Positions 1 through 12,220 of a stretch of DNA of 58,928 nucleotides are shown here, piece after piece. The DNA is from Perkinsus chesapeaki ATCC PRA-425 (lineage: Eukaryota; Protista; Perkinsozoa): NCBI GenBank assembly GCA_013115145.1, contig JAAPAO010000168.1, forward strand, positions 1-58,928. The letters are read 5' to 3'. Within the stretch, counting starts at the first letter, position 1; every line of letters starts with the position of its first letter. The position numbers were made by a program, and so were the translations under genes. The notes under the pieces are model-generated. The model searched no databases and was not told where the DNA came from. It saw only the letters and a program-made list of their open reading frames with translations.

Positions 1-2
1 CA

Positions 3-1715
3 AAGTCAGCCGGGGAAGGTGCTATCAGTTGGCAGTTCTATAACGCTCTCACAAATCGGAACCCACTATTCCAGAAAACGGTTGCATTTGAGACCGAGTT
101 CTACTCTAAGGATAATGGATCTCTATGGGAGCTTGCTGAGGCACCTTCCACGGAAGGTTTTGATGCCTCCACGCTGGACGCTATCCTTGAGCGCTCGAAT
201 GAAAATCTAATGAGCGCTGACCTACTTGGGACGAGTACCTCCGCCACGTTCGAGAATCACACAGCTTGGAAGAATGGCACAGGCTACCAATATGTCCTTC
301 TGGATGACACCGTGATCGTTTTTGTTCCAAGTTTCGTCCCGGCTGAAACCTTCTCCCTTCCAGCTGTTCTGTATGAGAACTTTTCTGAAGTTCAGGACTT
401 CGCTCGAGAGAATAACGTTACGAGGCTTCTCTTTGATGTGTCTTCTAATGGTGGAGGACACGCTCTTTCGACCTTTGCTCTGCAATGGTATGTTATATCG
501 AATACCGATGATATTTGCCCTCCAATGGTCCGTCATATGACAGATAACTGGCAATCATGGGTGGAATCATTTGGTATTAACTTCAACAATACGATTGATA
601 CGTTTTTTGAAAATAATCCCCGTCTTGTCGAAGACCCTGGTTTCATTCATGAAAGGTTCCAGCAACTCTATCTTCTTATGAACTATGCTGACCAACTGCT
701 TCTGACTAATCTATCGGATCCGGAAGCGTATCATATTGAAACCAATGAAGTAGCTCGTTTGAAACTCATTGAGAAGTCTATACTGGACGAAGGGAATGCC
801 GCTTTACGGGCATCAGCATTCAAATCTTTCCTGACAGAGAGGCGTTTTCTTAACACTTCGACTGACTTCGGAGGCGAGATTGCTCCACCTCACGGTTGGT
901 ACTTGTTCGATAATACCGAGTTGGTGGACCGCAAAACCAGAAGTCCTTTCTCCCCTCCTCTCAGTCAGTTCACAAATTGTCGGTCTCGTCCGTGGGGCAA
1001 AGAATCTAATTACTCCGCTGAAGGTACGTGGGGTTTCTGTTATCGCTACTTGAATGATGAAATGCCAAAGATGGTGGACCCAAACTATGAAAAAGATTAC
1101 TGGACCGAAGTTGCCTTTGTTACGAATGGGAACTGTGGATCGGCGTGTTCTCTTTTTACTGAGACGCTTCAACTAACTGGTAGGGCAACTGCTTTTACAT
1201 TTGGTGCTCTTGCTGATCAACCGATGGATGTGGCATCTTTTGGAGGTGGTAATGTATACGAATATGATAACATATCACCTTACTTGAATATTGCTAGTTA
1301 TTGGGGGTATTGGGCTACTTTTGGTGAATCTAATTGGTCCAAAAAGCATGCTCATTCTTGGGTTAATAAACCTATACCTTTCCCTGCCAATGTCCGAGCA
1401 AGATTCACGTGGAATATCGGTCTTTCGGATCGTTTGGGACCAAATGCTCTGCCACGCCAGTTCTATAGTATACCTCCTCATAAACATTTGAATATGTGGG
1501 CTAGAAGTCTAGAAGAAAGAGCTCCTATCCATAAGGAGATTGTGAGCTATAAGAATTGGAGTCAGCTACGCGCCAAGCCCCAGTTCCCAGATCTTGGCTA
1601 TTGTCCTGCTTATAATGAACAGGAGAGTGGAAAGTCGTCACTGGCGATACAGGACGTGCCGTCGCTTATATTAACGATCTCTATAGCTACTCTTCTTGTG
1701 TATCGCTCATCTTGA
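3..1715 (+). CDS. Peptidase S41 (CPAF-like) protease, 5'-truncated, probable GPI-anchor tail
   Basis: The frame is open from nt 3 (KSAGEGAISWQFYNAL), upstream of the ORF-track ATG at 210, and matches DGLSWRPYNAL in the paralogue at 34079. Motifs are DVSSNGGG and GNCGSACS. The C-terminus is hydrophobic (SLILTISIATLLVY). No introns in the visible part. Confidence 0.8.
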   Translation, partial: KSAGEGAISWQFYNALTNRNPLFQKTVAFETEFYSKDNGSLWELAEAPSTEGFDASTLDAILERSNENLMSADLLGTSTSATFENHTAWKNGTGYQYVLLDDTVIVFVPSFVPAETFSLPAVLYENFSEVQDFARENNVTRLLFDVSSNGGGHALSTFALQWYVISNTDDICPPMVRHMTDNWQSWVESFGINFNNTIDTFFENNPRLVEDPGFIHERFQQLYLLMNYADQLLLTNLSDPEAYHIETNEVARLKLIEKSILDEGNAALRASAFKSFLTERRFLNTSTDFGGEIAPPHGWYLFDNTELVDRKTRSPFSPPLSQFTNCRSRPWGKESNYSAEGTWGFCYRYLNDEMPKMVDPNYEKDYWTEVAFVTNGNCGSACSLFTETLQLTGRATAFTFGALADQPMDVASFGGGNVYEYDNISPYLNIASYWGYWATFGESNWSKKHAHSWVNKPIPFPANVRARFTWNIGLSDRLGPNALPRQFYSIPPHKHLNMWARSLEERAPIHKEIVSYKNWSQLRAKPQFPDLGYCPAYNEQESGKSSLAIQDVPSLILTISIATLLVYRSS

Positions 1716-2596
1716 GTAGCCCATGACCGTCGTCTTACAATTTCTGAAATTTCGGGGATGGTTATTCTCGCTGTCCCGCCAGTCCCAGCCAACTTGTCAA
1801 GTCTGAAAACGTTTTGCGTTCGAATGGTCATATCACGTTGAGTTTGAAGGTAACTCTAATAGTTCCTACCTGCTCCCCGAATCTCGGGTTTGGCAACCCA
1901 CATAGTACTCGACATACATTACGAGTCGTAACCTTTTTCGTTCTCGCAATAGGTTTTTCATAAAAGCAATGAGGCCAGTGATTTCGCGTTTACCAGGCGC
2001 CGTTGGCTGGAGGTAAAATATCCGCTTCACACAACGAAGAGGAAACCGCCGCAATGAGCACAGCAGGCAGAAGCTTTTAGCCAGTTCACCCGTTGACCCG
2101 GCAACTATCGACATCGGTTTTGCAAAATTTTATGAAGTTGTCATACCGCGTCTCTTGCAAGGAGTATATTCGGAGAATATCCTGATAATAGGAGAAAAGG
2201 GTGTGAGTCATCGGAAGACGCACCACCTGCTGCTACCAATAGACAGACACTTTACATCATAGTCACAGGCCTGATGAGATGAACCAGTCGCGGGGGTCTA
2301 AGCAGTTCTCATTGGACAATTCAAGTTATGGGATATGATCTAATATGAACTTGATATTATGAAGCGTTGCTCAAGGTTGGGGCCCAAGGGATATTGGCTG
2401 CTCAATGTATTCGTAATTGTCAGACCAGTCAGTTGAGCTACTGGCGTTACATCGGCAGTGCTGAATGACTATAACAAGCGCAACAAGAAGCCTCAGAATC
2501 AACGAAACTGTTCTCAGTATAAAATCATGAACTATTGAGAGTGATAATAACTGATGCTTCCTTCAAGTGGCGATGCAGGATGAGATTGGAAAGGGG

Positions 2597-3794
2597 CTAT
2601 ATCCTGCTTGTGAATCTTCGAATACATTCGGATTTGCCGAGGTCAGCGCCAACCCTTGCTTCAACATACTTGTCCCGAGCCTGACCCAACATATAAGCAT
2701 ATACATACGAATTTCGATTACCTGATTTGTTGAGTAGCTTACGATATCTGCGATCTGTACATGTTTAGGTCGCGTAACAGCGTAAATTATCTGGTCGGCG
2801 ATGTCCTCAGGGTTGAGATACACGATGTTGTTATAAACAGAATCGGCAACTGAGAACATCTCAGGCGAGTGATTGAAACGTGCCTAGGGAAACCAATAGA
2901 ATGGGTATGAAACTTAAACCAGCCTACCCGCTGAAACTCGGTGTGAACCATTCCAGGGGAAATATTAGTGATTCGGATGGGCGTGTCAACAAGATCCATA
3001 CGTGCGGCCATCGCATACCCATTTAGTGCGAATTTGGTTCCAGTGTAGATAGAAGAATGATCACATGGCTGAGGAATGCGTTAATAAAATGAGAATAGTT
3101 AGTAATAATACGACTACCTCAGTAGCCGATATCGAACTGACATTTACCACATGCCCACAACCCTGCTTTAGCATATCAGGTAAAAACAGCTTCGTTAAAG
3201 CCATGTATCCGATGACATTAACCTGCCAAGGCAGGGCAAATATGAAATGAAACAGGAAGACAAGCATGCAATCAAAGGTTACGTTGAACATATCCTGAAT
3301 GTCGGCAACTTCCGCTTCCCAAGCTGCGGGCCTACCAACTGCATAACCGGCATTGTTAACCAGAATATCCAGAGGACCGGCGACCTGAGGAAATCTTATG
3401 TCCTCATTGGGGTCTATCACTTTACCTGATGAACAATCTCCTCGAGTCGGCTGATATCCTTTAGATCAAAGACTATAGGATGGACTTTGACAGGAAACGA
3501 TGCCTCAAGTTCAACCTTGAGAGAAGTAAGGCGGTCTGATCGACGACCAACCTACAAAGCGACCAATGCTCAATGCTGCTTTAAACCACCAATATCTATG
3601 TTATCTATGATGAACGGTGTAGAGCAGAAGCTAATATCGTCGATACTATGATCACTTACCAAGTACAATTCACAACCCAACTCAGCAAACCTTCGAGCAG
3701 TTGCCTCCCCTATGCCAGCGGTGGCTCCTGTAATAAGGACTCGGGACCCCTTTATATCAACCACGGGATAGAGAGTGCTTTTACAAGTTGTCAT
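2597..3794 (-). CDS. Short-chain dehydrogenase/reductase (YdfG-like), copy 1, multi-exon
   Basis: TGATAGIG Rossmann motif, LVNNAG, catalytic YTGTK, and PEDIADQIIYAVTRPKHVQI. Short GT-AG introns join the exons. Confidence 0.9.
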
Positions 3795-4017
3795 AACAAA
3801 AAACACGTAGTATCTTTATAGCGAAAAGCATAGAAACCAACAGTGGGGTCGATGACACTGTATGAGGCCTATCTTCGTTGCTGATTGGTACTAGTATATG
3901 CTATGATGCGAATTCTCGAGATTGATAACGCAACGGAGACGAGTCAAATGAGACAGCTTTCACAGAAGATGAAAGGGATGAGGTAAGAATTGTGACGATG
4001 AAAGAAAGAGATACTCT

Positions 4018-5147
4018 TTACTGAACCTTCGACTTGCCGTTTTCAGCCCCGAGATCTTCACCCATCTTTGCTATACAGTATTTGGCGTGCGCCTGAGAGT
4101 AAGTGATAAAAATATAGTTACAGGAGGATAAATTGCAGTATTTACCTGATTAGTGGCATAAGTGGTGATATCAGCAATTTGGACATGCCTTGGGCGTGTG
4201 AGGGCATATACGATATTATCGGCTATGTCTTCGGCGTTCAAGGGAACTATACCGTCATACACAGCATCAGCTGCCTTCTTATCCTCAAGTCTAACCTACA
4301 GTTAATAATGTTAAGTAAGGGTCATTGGAAAGGGTTATACCAGTGAAAATTCGGTATGAACAAGACCGGGTGAGACGCAGGTAACCCGGATAGGTGTGTC
4401 GACGAGATCCATTCGAGCTGCCATGGAATAGCCAGTAACAGCAAACTTGGTTCCGTTGTAGATTGAACCACCAGTATAAGGCTACATTACAAGAACAATC
4501 CACATCACGTCATGTTATGAGTAATGACTCACCTCACTGCCTGCTACAGAACTAACATTAACAATGTGACCCTTACCAGCTTTTAACATACCAGGGACGA
4601 AGGCTTTGATCATTGCCATATATCCTATAACGTTAACCTGACAGTGGGAATGGCAACACCAACACATGAGAGTGAGGGTATACTTCAAACATACTGCGAA
4701 TATCATCAACATCAGCCTCCCAAGCCATCGGCACTCCAGCGGCATAACCAGCGTTATTGACCAAAATGTCGAGGGGCTCACCAATCTGACAAAGGACATC
4801 CGAGGGCTGCCTCCAGGCTTGGACAAAGAGCGCTAACCTTATTTGGTAAATCCTGAATGGCTTTAGTATCTTTAACATCAAATGGAATGCAATGGACCTT
4901 CACACCAGGAAACTTCCCTTCGAGTTCCTTCTGGAATGCATTAAGTCTATCCGCTCGACGGCCCAACTGACAAGGTATATCATATCTACTTTATCTTCCA
5001 AAGACCACTCACGAGAAAGAGTTCACAACCAAGCTCGGCCAGCCTCCTAGCAGTTGCCTGACCAATACCCGCCGTGGCACCAGTGACGAGAGCTCGACTG
5101 CCCTTAAGATCTATTGGGTGATAGTACTGTGAAGTCGACATAGACAT
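4018..5147 (-). CDS. Short-chain dehydrogenase/reductase (YdfG-like), copy 2, multi-exon
   Basis: [19 protein letters not shown] and [20 protein letters not shown]. Tandem paralogue of copy 1 with a similar exon layout. Confidence 0.9.
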
Positions 5148-5411
5148 ACTATACGAGTAGGTATAATAATAATAAAACTAACTTACGCATCATACAATAA
5201 GTAGCTATCAACAAACAATTTAAACCAAACATCAAGTCACGCACAAACCAGCCTAGATGGAGACAAACAGCACAAAATATCTTTGTACGTGAGCACGACA
5301 TTCGGAGGGAGTGGACGCTAAGGTGAGAGCCCAATCGTCATGTGATCAGATGTTTTTATTCTTTCGAGCAGTCCGTCGACGCCGGTTCGGATTGTTCAAA
5401 CTTACGGTCGG

Positions 5412-6534
5412 TCAAGGGCGCGACTTTGATATGGATCGGTGCACTTCGTCGAACCATGGCCAATCTTTGATGGATAAGGGTCTATACCACGCCGGGTAAT
5501 TTCCGGCTTTCAATATTCCTGATCAACACTAGATTATCGCTGTCACTAGCTGAAGGCCTACCAGTAACACAAGATCTGTCCCTATGCCTCACAGCGAGTT
5601 CAAGCTCCTCGACGACGTCTCCTTGTGCGGCCGCGGCGGCCAGAATCTCACAAGTTAGCTCAACAACTTCATCAGGTATCGTTCCAGAATGCTTGGTTAT
5701 ATGAGAGCTAACCTGCAAACTCGATCTAAAGGAAAGATAAGAACCACCGCAAGTTCATTTAACGCATTTTCCGAGAAGCTGAGAATTTAGTAATGATGTC
5801 GTATCCCAGGAAAACGAGAGCGACGAGGGTCAACGGATCTAGTCCTTTCCTGTGGAGTTGAAAAAACAAGACAAACGTAGGCCTTACTGCATTCCATAGC
5901 GCTGACTTCTCCTCGCCATTTGATGCCCTACCCTTAGACGACACTCCATGCGACAACATGGCATCGATGTTCTTAGGACAGAATCGTCGAGCTGCCTCAT
6001 GGAGAGCCCCCACAGACTCCGGATCGGCGTTAGTTTCATTTAGTAAGAGTTTAAGCATATCTGATATTAACCTATACTCCTGGCAATCCTATTCCCATCA
6101 ACTCACCATTCTTGCTATCAGTTTTAGCACATAGGTAAAGTGCAGCCGAGCAAGCCGCAACATTCCTCGACAAGCCCGTGAAATATACCAGAGCTGCTCG
6201 AGCCTCTACCACACCACCGCCTTTAAGCGCTATTTCTAGGATGCATCTTGCCGGCCCTATGTGAAGGTTTCGTGCCCTGTGCTCCCGGAAGTACAAGAGA
6301 CGATAGAACTCGTAACATTCGAGGGTAAGGCCTGAAGGATACTATAAAGTGTATAATAATAGACAGGACATCACCGGCAGTGGGAGCTTCGGAATAGTCT
6401 CGATTGAGAAGTATCTCCCATATATAGTCCGGGCAGTCTTTTGATGATGATTGTGTGGTTAAATAGCTTACTACACTTTTCACATCCAAATACGTTATAA
6501 TAATACATGTCACATCGAATGATAAAAGAGGCAT
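5412..6534 (-). CDS. F-box-like plus ankyrin-repeat protein, multi-exon
   Basis: N-terminal LLSFDVTCIIITYLD...IWEILLNRDY (F-box-like). Ankyrin-like segments are MLKLLLNETNAD, ALHEAARR and ELAVRHRDRSCVTGILKAG (the last after removing a 43-nt intron). One internal junction is unresolved. Confidence 0.6.
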
Positions 6535-6703
6535 TACTCGACTATCCAAATGATAACTTGAACAACTCAACAAGAGTTGATCAGATACTGTAGTGTTACA
6601 AATGATGACAAATGATACTATATCCTGGTTTACAAGCACCATCTAAAATAGGCTTGACTAAGCCCTAAGAGGGCTCTTTTAGAGCCATGATAGGGCTGCA
6701 GCC

Positions 6704-7740
6704 CTATCCACGACAAGCCAGAGGATTATATAGGAAATATATATAATTGTACAAGAGATTTATAAACTTCAAGATCTCTCTCTTCTCCTTCGCAAGGGCA
6801 GCTCGAGTAGCAACAGCCTCCCGAGCTCGCTGAGATCCATAAGCTAAGCGTTCTATCTTAGCGTTGTACCGAGCCCTATGGCGGTGTCGAGCTTCGAACT
6901 CCTTTAGGAGGGAGTCCTCCCAATTCTGTGAGGATGTACACTTGCCTTCACGGAGACCCCATTTTTCGTCACTGGCTCGCCGGGCAGCTTTACCCCGTAC
7001 TTTTTCTTCATAGCGCTTGGACGCCTTCCACGAGCCTCGAGCACGGTCAAGATCGTCTCTAGCCTACAATATGAGCCATCCCGGTGGACTCCTAGTTCCC
7101 CTACTGCTGCTTCATCCCTCCTCATCCATTGCCAGTTGTTGCCTGGTAAAGTGAAAGGTTGTCCATTATCCTTAAAGTACTTTAATGCATCTCTATAAAC
7201 TCTATAGCCAGTATCGTCATCGGCAGCGGTCTCCGAAAGCAAGACCGATATTGTATCTATCATACAGATTGGCAAGGAAAACTTATCGCCGCGCTGTACC
7301 AAGCTTTCCTAATCGCTCAGCTAACATCAACACAGCAGAGCAAATAATCTCATCATCTCGAATAACGGGTCTGGCTTCCAGGTAGAGGCTAACCATACGG
7401 GCACTTCCATGAAGTGATAGCATCATTAGCTCTATTGCAGGAAGCTCTTCGCCTCGTGTGAGCAGCAATAGGAATACGACAAGCTCAGATGGTAAACCTC
7501 GCAAGGCAGCACAGTGACTGAACTACCAGCTATATATCACACACCTTCAAGGGTGCTTCGGAGAGGTGCAGGATGATCCCTTTTGAGAATGGCAGACCAG
7601 AGATGTTCGCTTGTCCAGGCAGGGCTTCTCACAATTGATCTAAGCCTGCCCATGTCTCTAATGTTCAGCCATGTGGCAATCTTGATGATTAGGACTTCTG
7701 GAAGAGAAATCAGGGAGGGCTTAGAACGTGGCCGAGCCAT
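6704..7740 (-). CDS. F-box protein, tandem paralogue of 5412-6534, multi-exon
   Basis: Clear F-box (LISLPEVLIIKIATWLNIRDMGRL...LWSAILKRDH). Its first two introns sit at the same positions as in the neighbour (before GL, and before DTISVLLSETAAD vs DMLKLLLNETNAD). The 3' end is approximate. Confidence 0.65.
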
Positions 7741-8324
7741 ACCAAATAAGCTCTAATCTTCGGATTCATTCAGAACCCCGGCAATAGCGAAATGTTCGGT
7801 TATTTTGAGGAGACTATTTCCGGAGATATATTTCCGAGTTTATGGATGATACTTCGATAGGAGGGACTGCTCTATCATGCATCAGCAGACCCGTACACTT
7901 TGACCATGTCTTAGGGTTTCCCAGGCACTAAGTGACTATCAGAACAAGTAAAGGTGAGCCAGGTTCTACAAGTAACTTTCTACTAGAGGATAACTCATGT
8001 TTGGCCCCCCAGCAATGATCGAAAGATATCCCAGTAACTGAACTGATCACATGACAAGACATAAGAAACCCTTAATCTCATTCTATTCCCATGGCGAGTT
8101 TTACCACTAGAGTGGCACAGTGGGAACTGTCGGCGTTCGCCGGAGACGGGACTCACCATGAGTGGTGGCAGAGATTGTTAATAAACAAGAGAACAGATCC
8201 TTCCAGACATGCTATCAGTCGCACGCATACGTCGCGTGTGCATGCGTGCAGAGGATCGTTGGTCATTGGTGACACCTGGTATTGTCCCGTTATGCTCATG
8301 TATTTTAGGAGTTGTTAGTTCACG

Positions 8325-9443
8325 ATGCCGGTCTCGCCTGAGCATGTAGCTAACGAGTGTTTCATGAACGCCGCTGTAATGAGCTCAATGGCTGGTATGC
8401 TCATTTCTTGTACATGACTTTTCATCGTCTATCATCCATCAGGTGTTCACCTTAAGCAAGGAGGCCCATTCGGTGCATCTATAGTCCGCAACGGTGTCCT
8501 TATAAGTTGTGCTCATAACACATTCTCTGATCGGGACCCTACTTGCCATGGGGAGGTAAGTCGGAGGATATCTTTACATAAGAATACATTTGTTAGATGA
8601 ATGCATTACGCCTAGCCATGCGGTGCTTGGGTACAAGTGATCTGTCCGATTGTGTCATATATTCCTCATTCGATCCATGTCCAATGTGCTGGGGTGCTAC
8701 TCTCAAGAGCGGTATTAAAAAGGTTTACATGGGATTAGATCGGTATGAGGCAGCAAAGGGTGGAGTGGATTATCTATCCTTCTATGATGCTTTATTGAAT
8801 CCAAAGAACAACGATATGATCAATGTGAACCCTTCAGCTACTGATGCTGATAACAGTGTTATCAAATTGGTAAGTAGGAACCTTTATGGCCACATAATCA
8901 TCCTGCCATCGTCATTTCAGCTCAATAATAATTCCTCCGAGCACTGCATTATCGTTGACAAGGATTACAATGTGATAGCTGATAGCGACTCACCATCCAT
9001 TGGACGATTCTGTGACCCTGTGGATACACCAATGGTCAAAGCCATTCGGATGGCATGTGAATCTATTGGATCACCTTATCTTAATGGTTGTAAAGTGTAA
9101 GTGCAAGTTGAGGAGGCGTATATTGCACGCATGTACACGTATCAGTTTCACCCGTACGGAACCAGATGTAGAGTCGTATGCTGCCTGTTTGTGGGCTTTT
9201 GCTGACTCCCTTTTCTATTGTAAGGATGCTCCCGAAGGAACTCGGTAAGCTACCGGCTAAAGTATCAATGCTTTATGATTATTTCTTAGTGCTCGTTATC
9301 AACACGATCAATATAAATTGGAAGAGTCTCGAAGAGACCTTCAAGTCGTACATAATTGTTCAATTGCTACTTGTCTCATGGCAATATCTGTATGGCAGGA
9401 CAGTGAATTACTCAAGGAGCACCCACAGCTTAAGGCATGTTGA
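8325..9443 (+). CDS. Two-domain guanine/nucleoside deaminase (GuaD-like), divergent copy 1
   Basis: GGPFGA, TCHGE and DPCPMC zinc motifs in domain 1. Domain 2 is degenerate (DTPMVKAI, EPDVESYAACLWA). Five introns. Confidence 0.8.
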
Positions 9444-9860
9444 TGGCTTACCTTCCTTTTACAGGACTAACCGGTTCTCTATTTTAAGGACCACCTGATG
9501 CGTCCATTCTCGTTTATTAACTAGAGCTTAGTGCTTCTAACATAGCTTGATCAACATCATATTGTTGGGTTCGGGCAGTGCCAGAGGAAACCTAAGGAAG
9601 ATTATTAAAATCTAAGCAACTTAGCCACGTGACCATCTATCATGACTGATACCTAGTGCCACTAGACTGACACCGTGGACGTGAACGAGACTCGTAGTTA
9701 AATGGCGCTCGCCATATAAATCGATTTCCTCGCTGCGCATAGATATCTCCAAAATCGTTACTAGCGGTAAGCCTGTAAGCTGTGTAGGTCTCCATTAATT
9801 AAGCGTTAAAGTACAATTTTGTTGTGTAGTTTCCATCACATTATTATACCAACCTCAATC

Positions 9861-10904
9861 ATGTCATCTGAGCAACAAGAGCAAGCCTCGTCCTCCAAGT
9901 TAGCTATTACCAAGGTTGATGAGTGTTTCATGACAGCTGCCTGTATGAGTGCTAATGCTGGTGTGATACTACGTCATGGTGGCCCTTTTGGTGCTTCGGT
10001 TGTCCATAATGGTATGCCTGTTAGCTGTGGTCATAACACAGTCCTTTTTGACAAAGACCCCACCTGCCATGCTGAGGTTAATGCTATTCGTCATGCTGTT
10101 CGCGATCTTGGACGATCGGAGTTGTCGGATTGCGTATTGTATACGACCTGTGAGCCTTGCCCTATGTGTTGGGGTGCCATAATGGCCAGTGGCCTCAAAG
10201 TAAATAACTAATGCATCTTCCTATTAGCTAACCTATGATGTCATTCAGGTCATGTATGTCGGCGCTGATCGTTACTGTGCTGCTCGCTTCGGTTTTGATG
10301 ATAAGGCCTTTTACGATGAGTTTGCCGGCCCCGCCTCGGGTACTATGATGCCAGTTAATCCTACCAAGACTGATGAGGATGAGAAGTGGATGTCTAAGGT
10401 AACGTGTGTCTGCTGTTGGTTATACCCATGCATTAACTCCTCCGTGTAGCTCGCGTCGCATTCCCATGTTATTGTGGTATCTGCTGCTGGTGAGCTTGTT
10501 GGTGATAGCCTTTCTCGCGGTTCTGATCTTGGTGATGCTCTCGATACCCCAATGGTCAGAGCCATCAGGATGGCTGCTATGACCCTTGGTACCCATGAAC
10601 TTAGTGGATGTAAAGTGTAAGTCACCACCCTTTGCGGCGGTCCCTTGTGATTTCTCTTATTTCTTATATCAGGTATGCAAGCACTCAACCTGATGTTTTC
10701 TCTCACTGTGCTTGTCTTTGGGCTCGTATCTCCGAGTTGTTCTATGCTGAGCCCGCTGCTGATGAGTCTGAGGCTAGTTACGAGAGACAGCAATTGGCAT
10801 TGAAGGCCGAAGACCGTGACTTGACTACTGTCTGGGGTTGTGCTGTCGACGAATGTGAAAATGTTTTCAAGCAATGGAAGAGTCTATCAGGCCAAATCTA
10901 TTAA
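9861..10904 (+). CDS. Two-domain guanine deaminase (GuaD-like), copy 2
   Basis: GGPFGA, TCHAEVNAIR, EPCPMC and GFDDKAFY in domain 1. Domain 2 is degenerate (DTPMVRAIR, QPDVFSHCACLWA) and ends FKQWKSLSGQIY. Three introns. Confidence 0.88.
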
Positions 10905-11165
10905 CTTTACTATGGAAGGTTGTTACTTGAATCATCTTGACAGTCTCGTCGGCCACGGAATCGAGGTTGCGACGTTCCTACTACTGTTGATGATGACGGT
11001 GATGATGATGATGTATGTACTGTTACCAACTTAGCATCATCCTTTCGCTCTGTTTCCTTCTCCCCATTATTGTATTTATATTACGTCTACGAAAGTAGAT
11101 ACTGTCTAGTAATCATTGAAAGGTTGTGTAGTTACATTAATTAACAGCCACTTTTATTGTTATTA

Positions 11166-12128
11166 ATGCCTCCTTCGTATGGCGGGAATATGATGATAAA
11201 AGGTAAAGGCAGGTAATGTATAATAGGAGCAGCAGCAGCTCGCATCTACAGATAGTGGATCGTCTGCTTTAACGAGGAGAGCTGTGGTAGGCAGGAGTAC
11301 TATGACACAAGACCAGTTAGAAGAGGTCCTTCAAGGAGTGTTAAACTGGTTTATTATTGTTGTTGTCGTCGTTGTCAGGTGAGGGAGGCATTTGCTTTAT
11401 TTGATAGTGATAATAGTGGATGTATTGATGCTAGAGAGATTAAAGCAGCTATGAGAGCATTGGGCCTAGAAGAGGTCTATCAATAGATGGTTTGTTATCT
11501 ATCAAACCATTTGCAGGTTAATAAGGATATGGTTGCAAGGATGCTGGGTGATATAGGAAAGCATCCGAGTCAGACGGTAACACTTGATGAGTTCTGCGAT
11601 ATGATGGCCCCAAGAATGGTAGTCAAGGAGGCTTCAAAGGATGGGGTGGGCATGGAGCTGCCTGCGCAGTATTTTTAATCGTACAATAGTCTCTTGTGCA
11701 TTTTGTGCGATAGTCTAGGTTGCATCTTCTCATGTTGTGATGACTCTGTATTAGGCAAGTAAAGATTCTCGTGAGGAGATAATGAAAGTGTTCAAACTAT
11801 TTGACGAGGAAAATGTTGGTAGTGTGGTGGTAGCTGGCAGCAGCAGCAGTTAATTAGTGTAACGATGCTGCTGCCTTCAGGAAAGATTACATTTAGAAGT
11901 CTCAAGAGGGTTTCAACGGAGCTGGGTGAGAATATCCCAGATGATGAATTGATGGAGATGATAGAAGAGGCCGATCGATCCGGTATGAAGGTCTTACTAG
12001 CAGTTAGGATGGAATAAGATTGCCCAGGTGATGGAAGTATATCATTCGATGAGTTCTACCGAGTTATGAGACGAAATGGCAATGGTAGTAGCTTACTTGA
12101 TGATTTCGATTCAGATGAAGACATTTAA
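11166..12128 (+). CDS. Centrin (EF-hand protein), multi-exon
   Basis: [29 protein letters not shown]; [54 protein letters not shown]. The start exon is uncertain. Confidence 0.9.
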
Positions 12129-12220
12129 TAATACTAATTAAATCATTTCGCGTCTGTTTATTATTGTTATGTTGAAGAATAACACCACTGCGGTATTACG
12201 GTAGTCTAGTTCTGTGTACT

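Noticed and set aside
1716-2596. Short ORFs in the convergent spacer as a transposon relic
   Set aside because: No RT, integrase or transposase motif, terminal repeat or target-site duplication could be identified.
5482-5620. HNH nuclease-like RHRDRSCVTG motif
   Set aside because: Removing a 43-nt GT-AG intron gives RHRDRSCVTGILKAG, an ankyrin-like end, and no downstream H-N-H residues follow.
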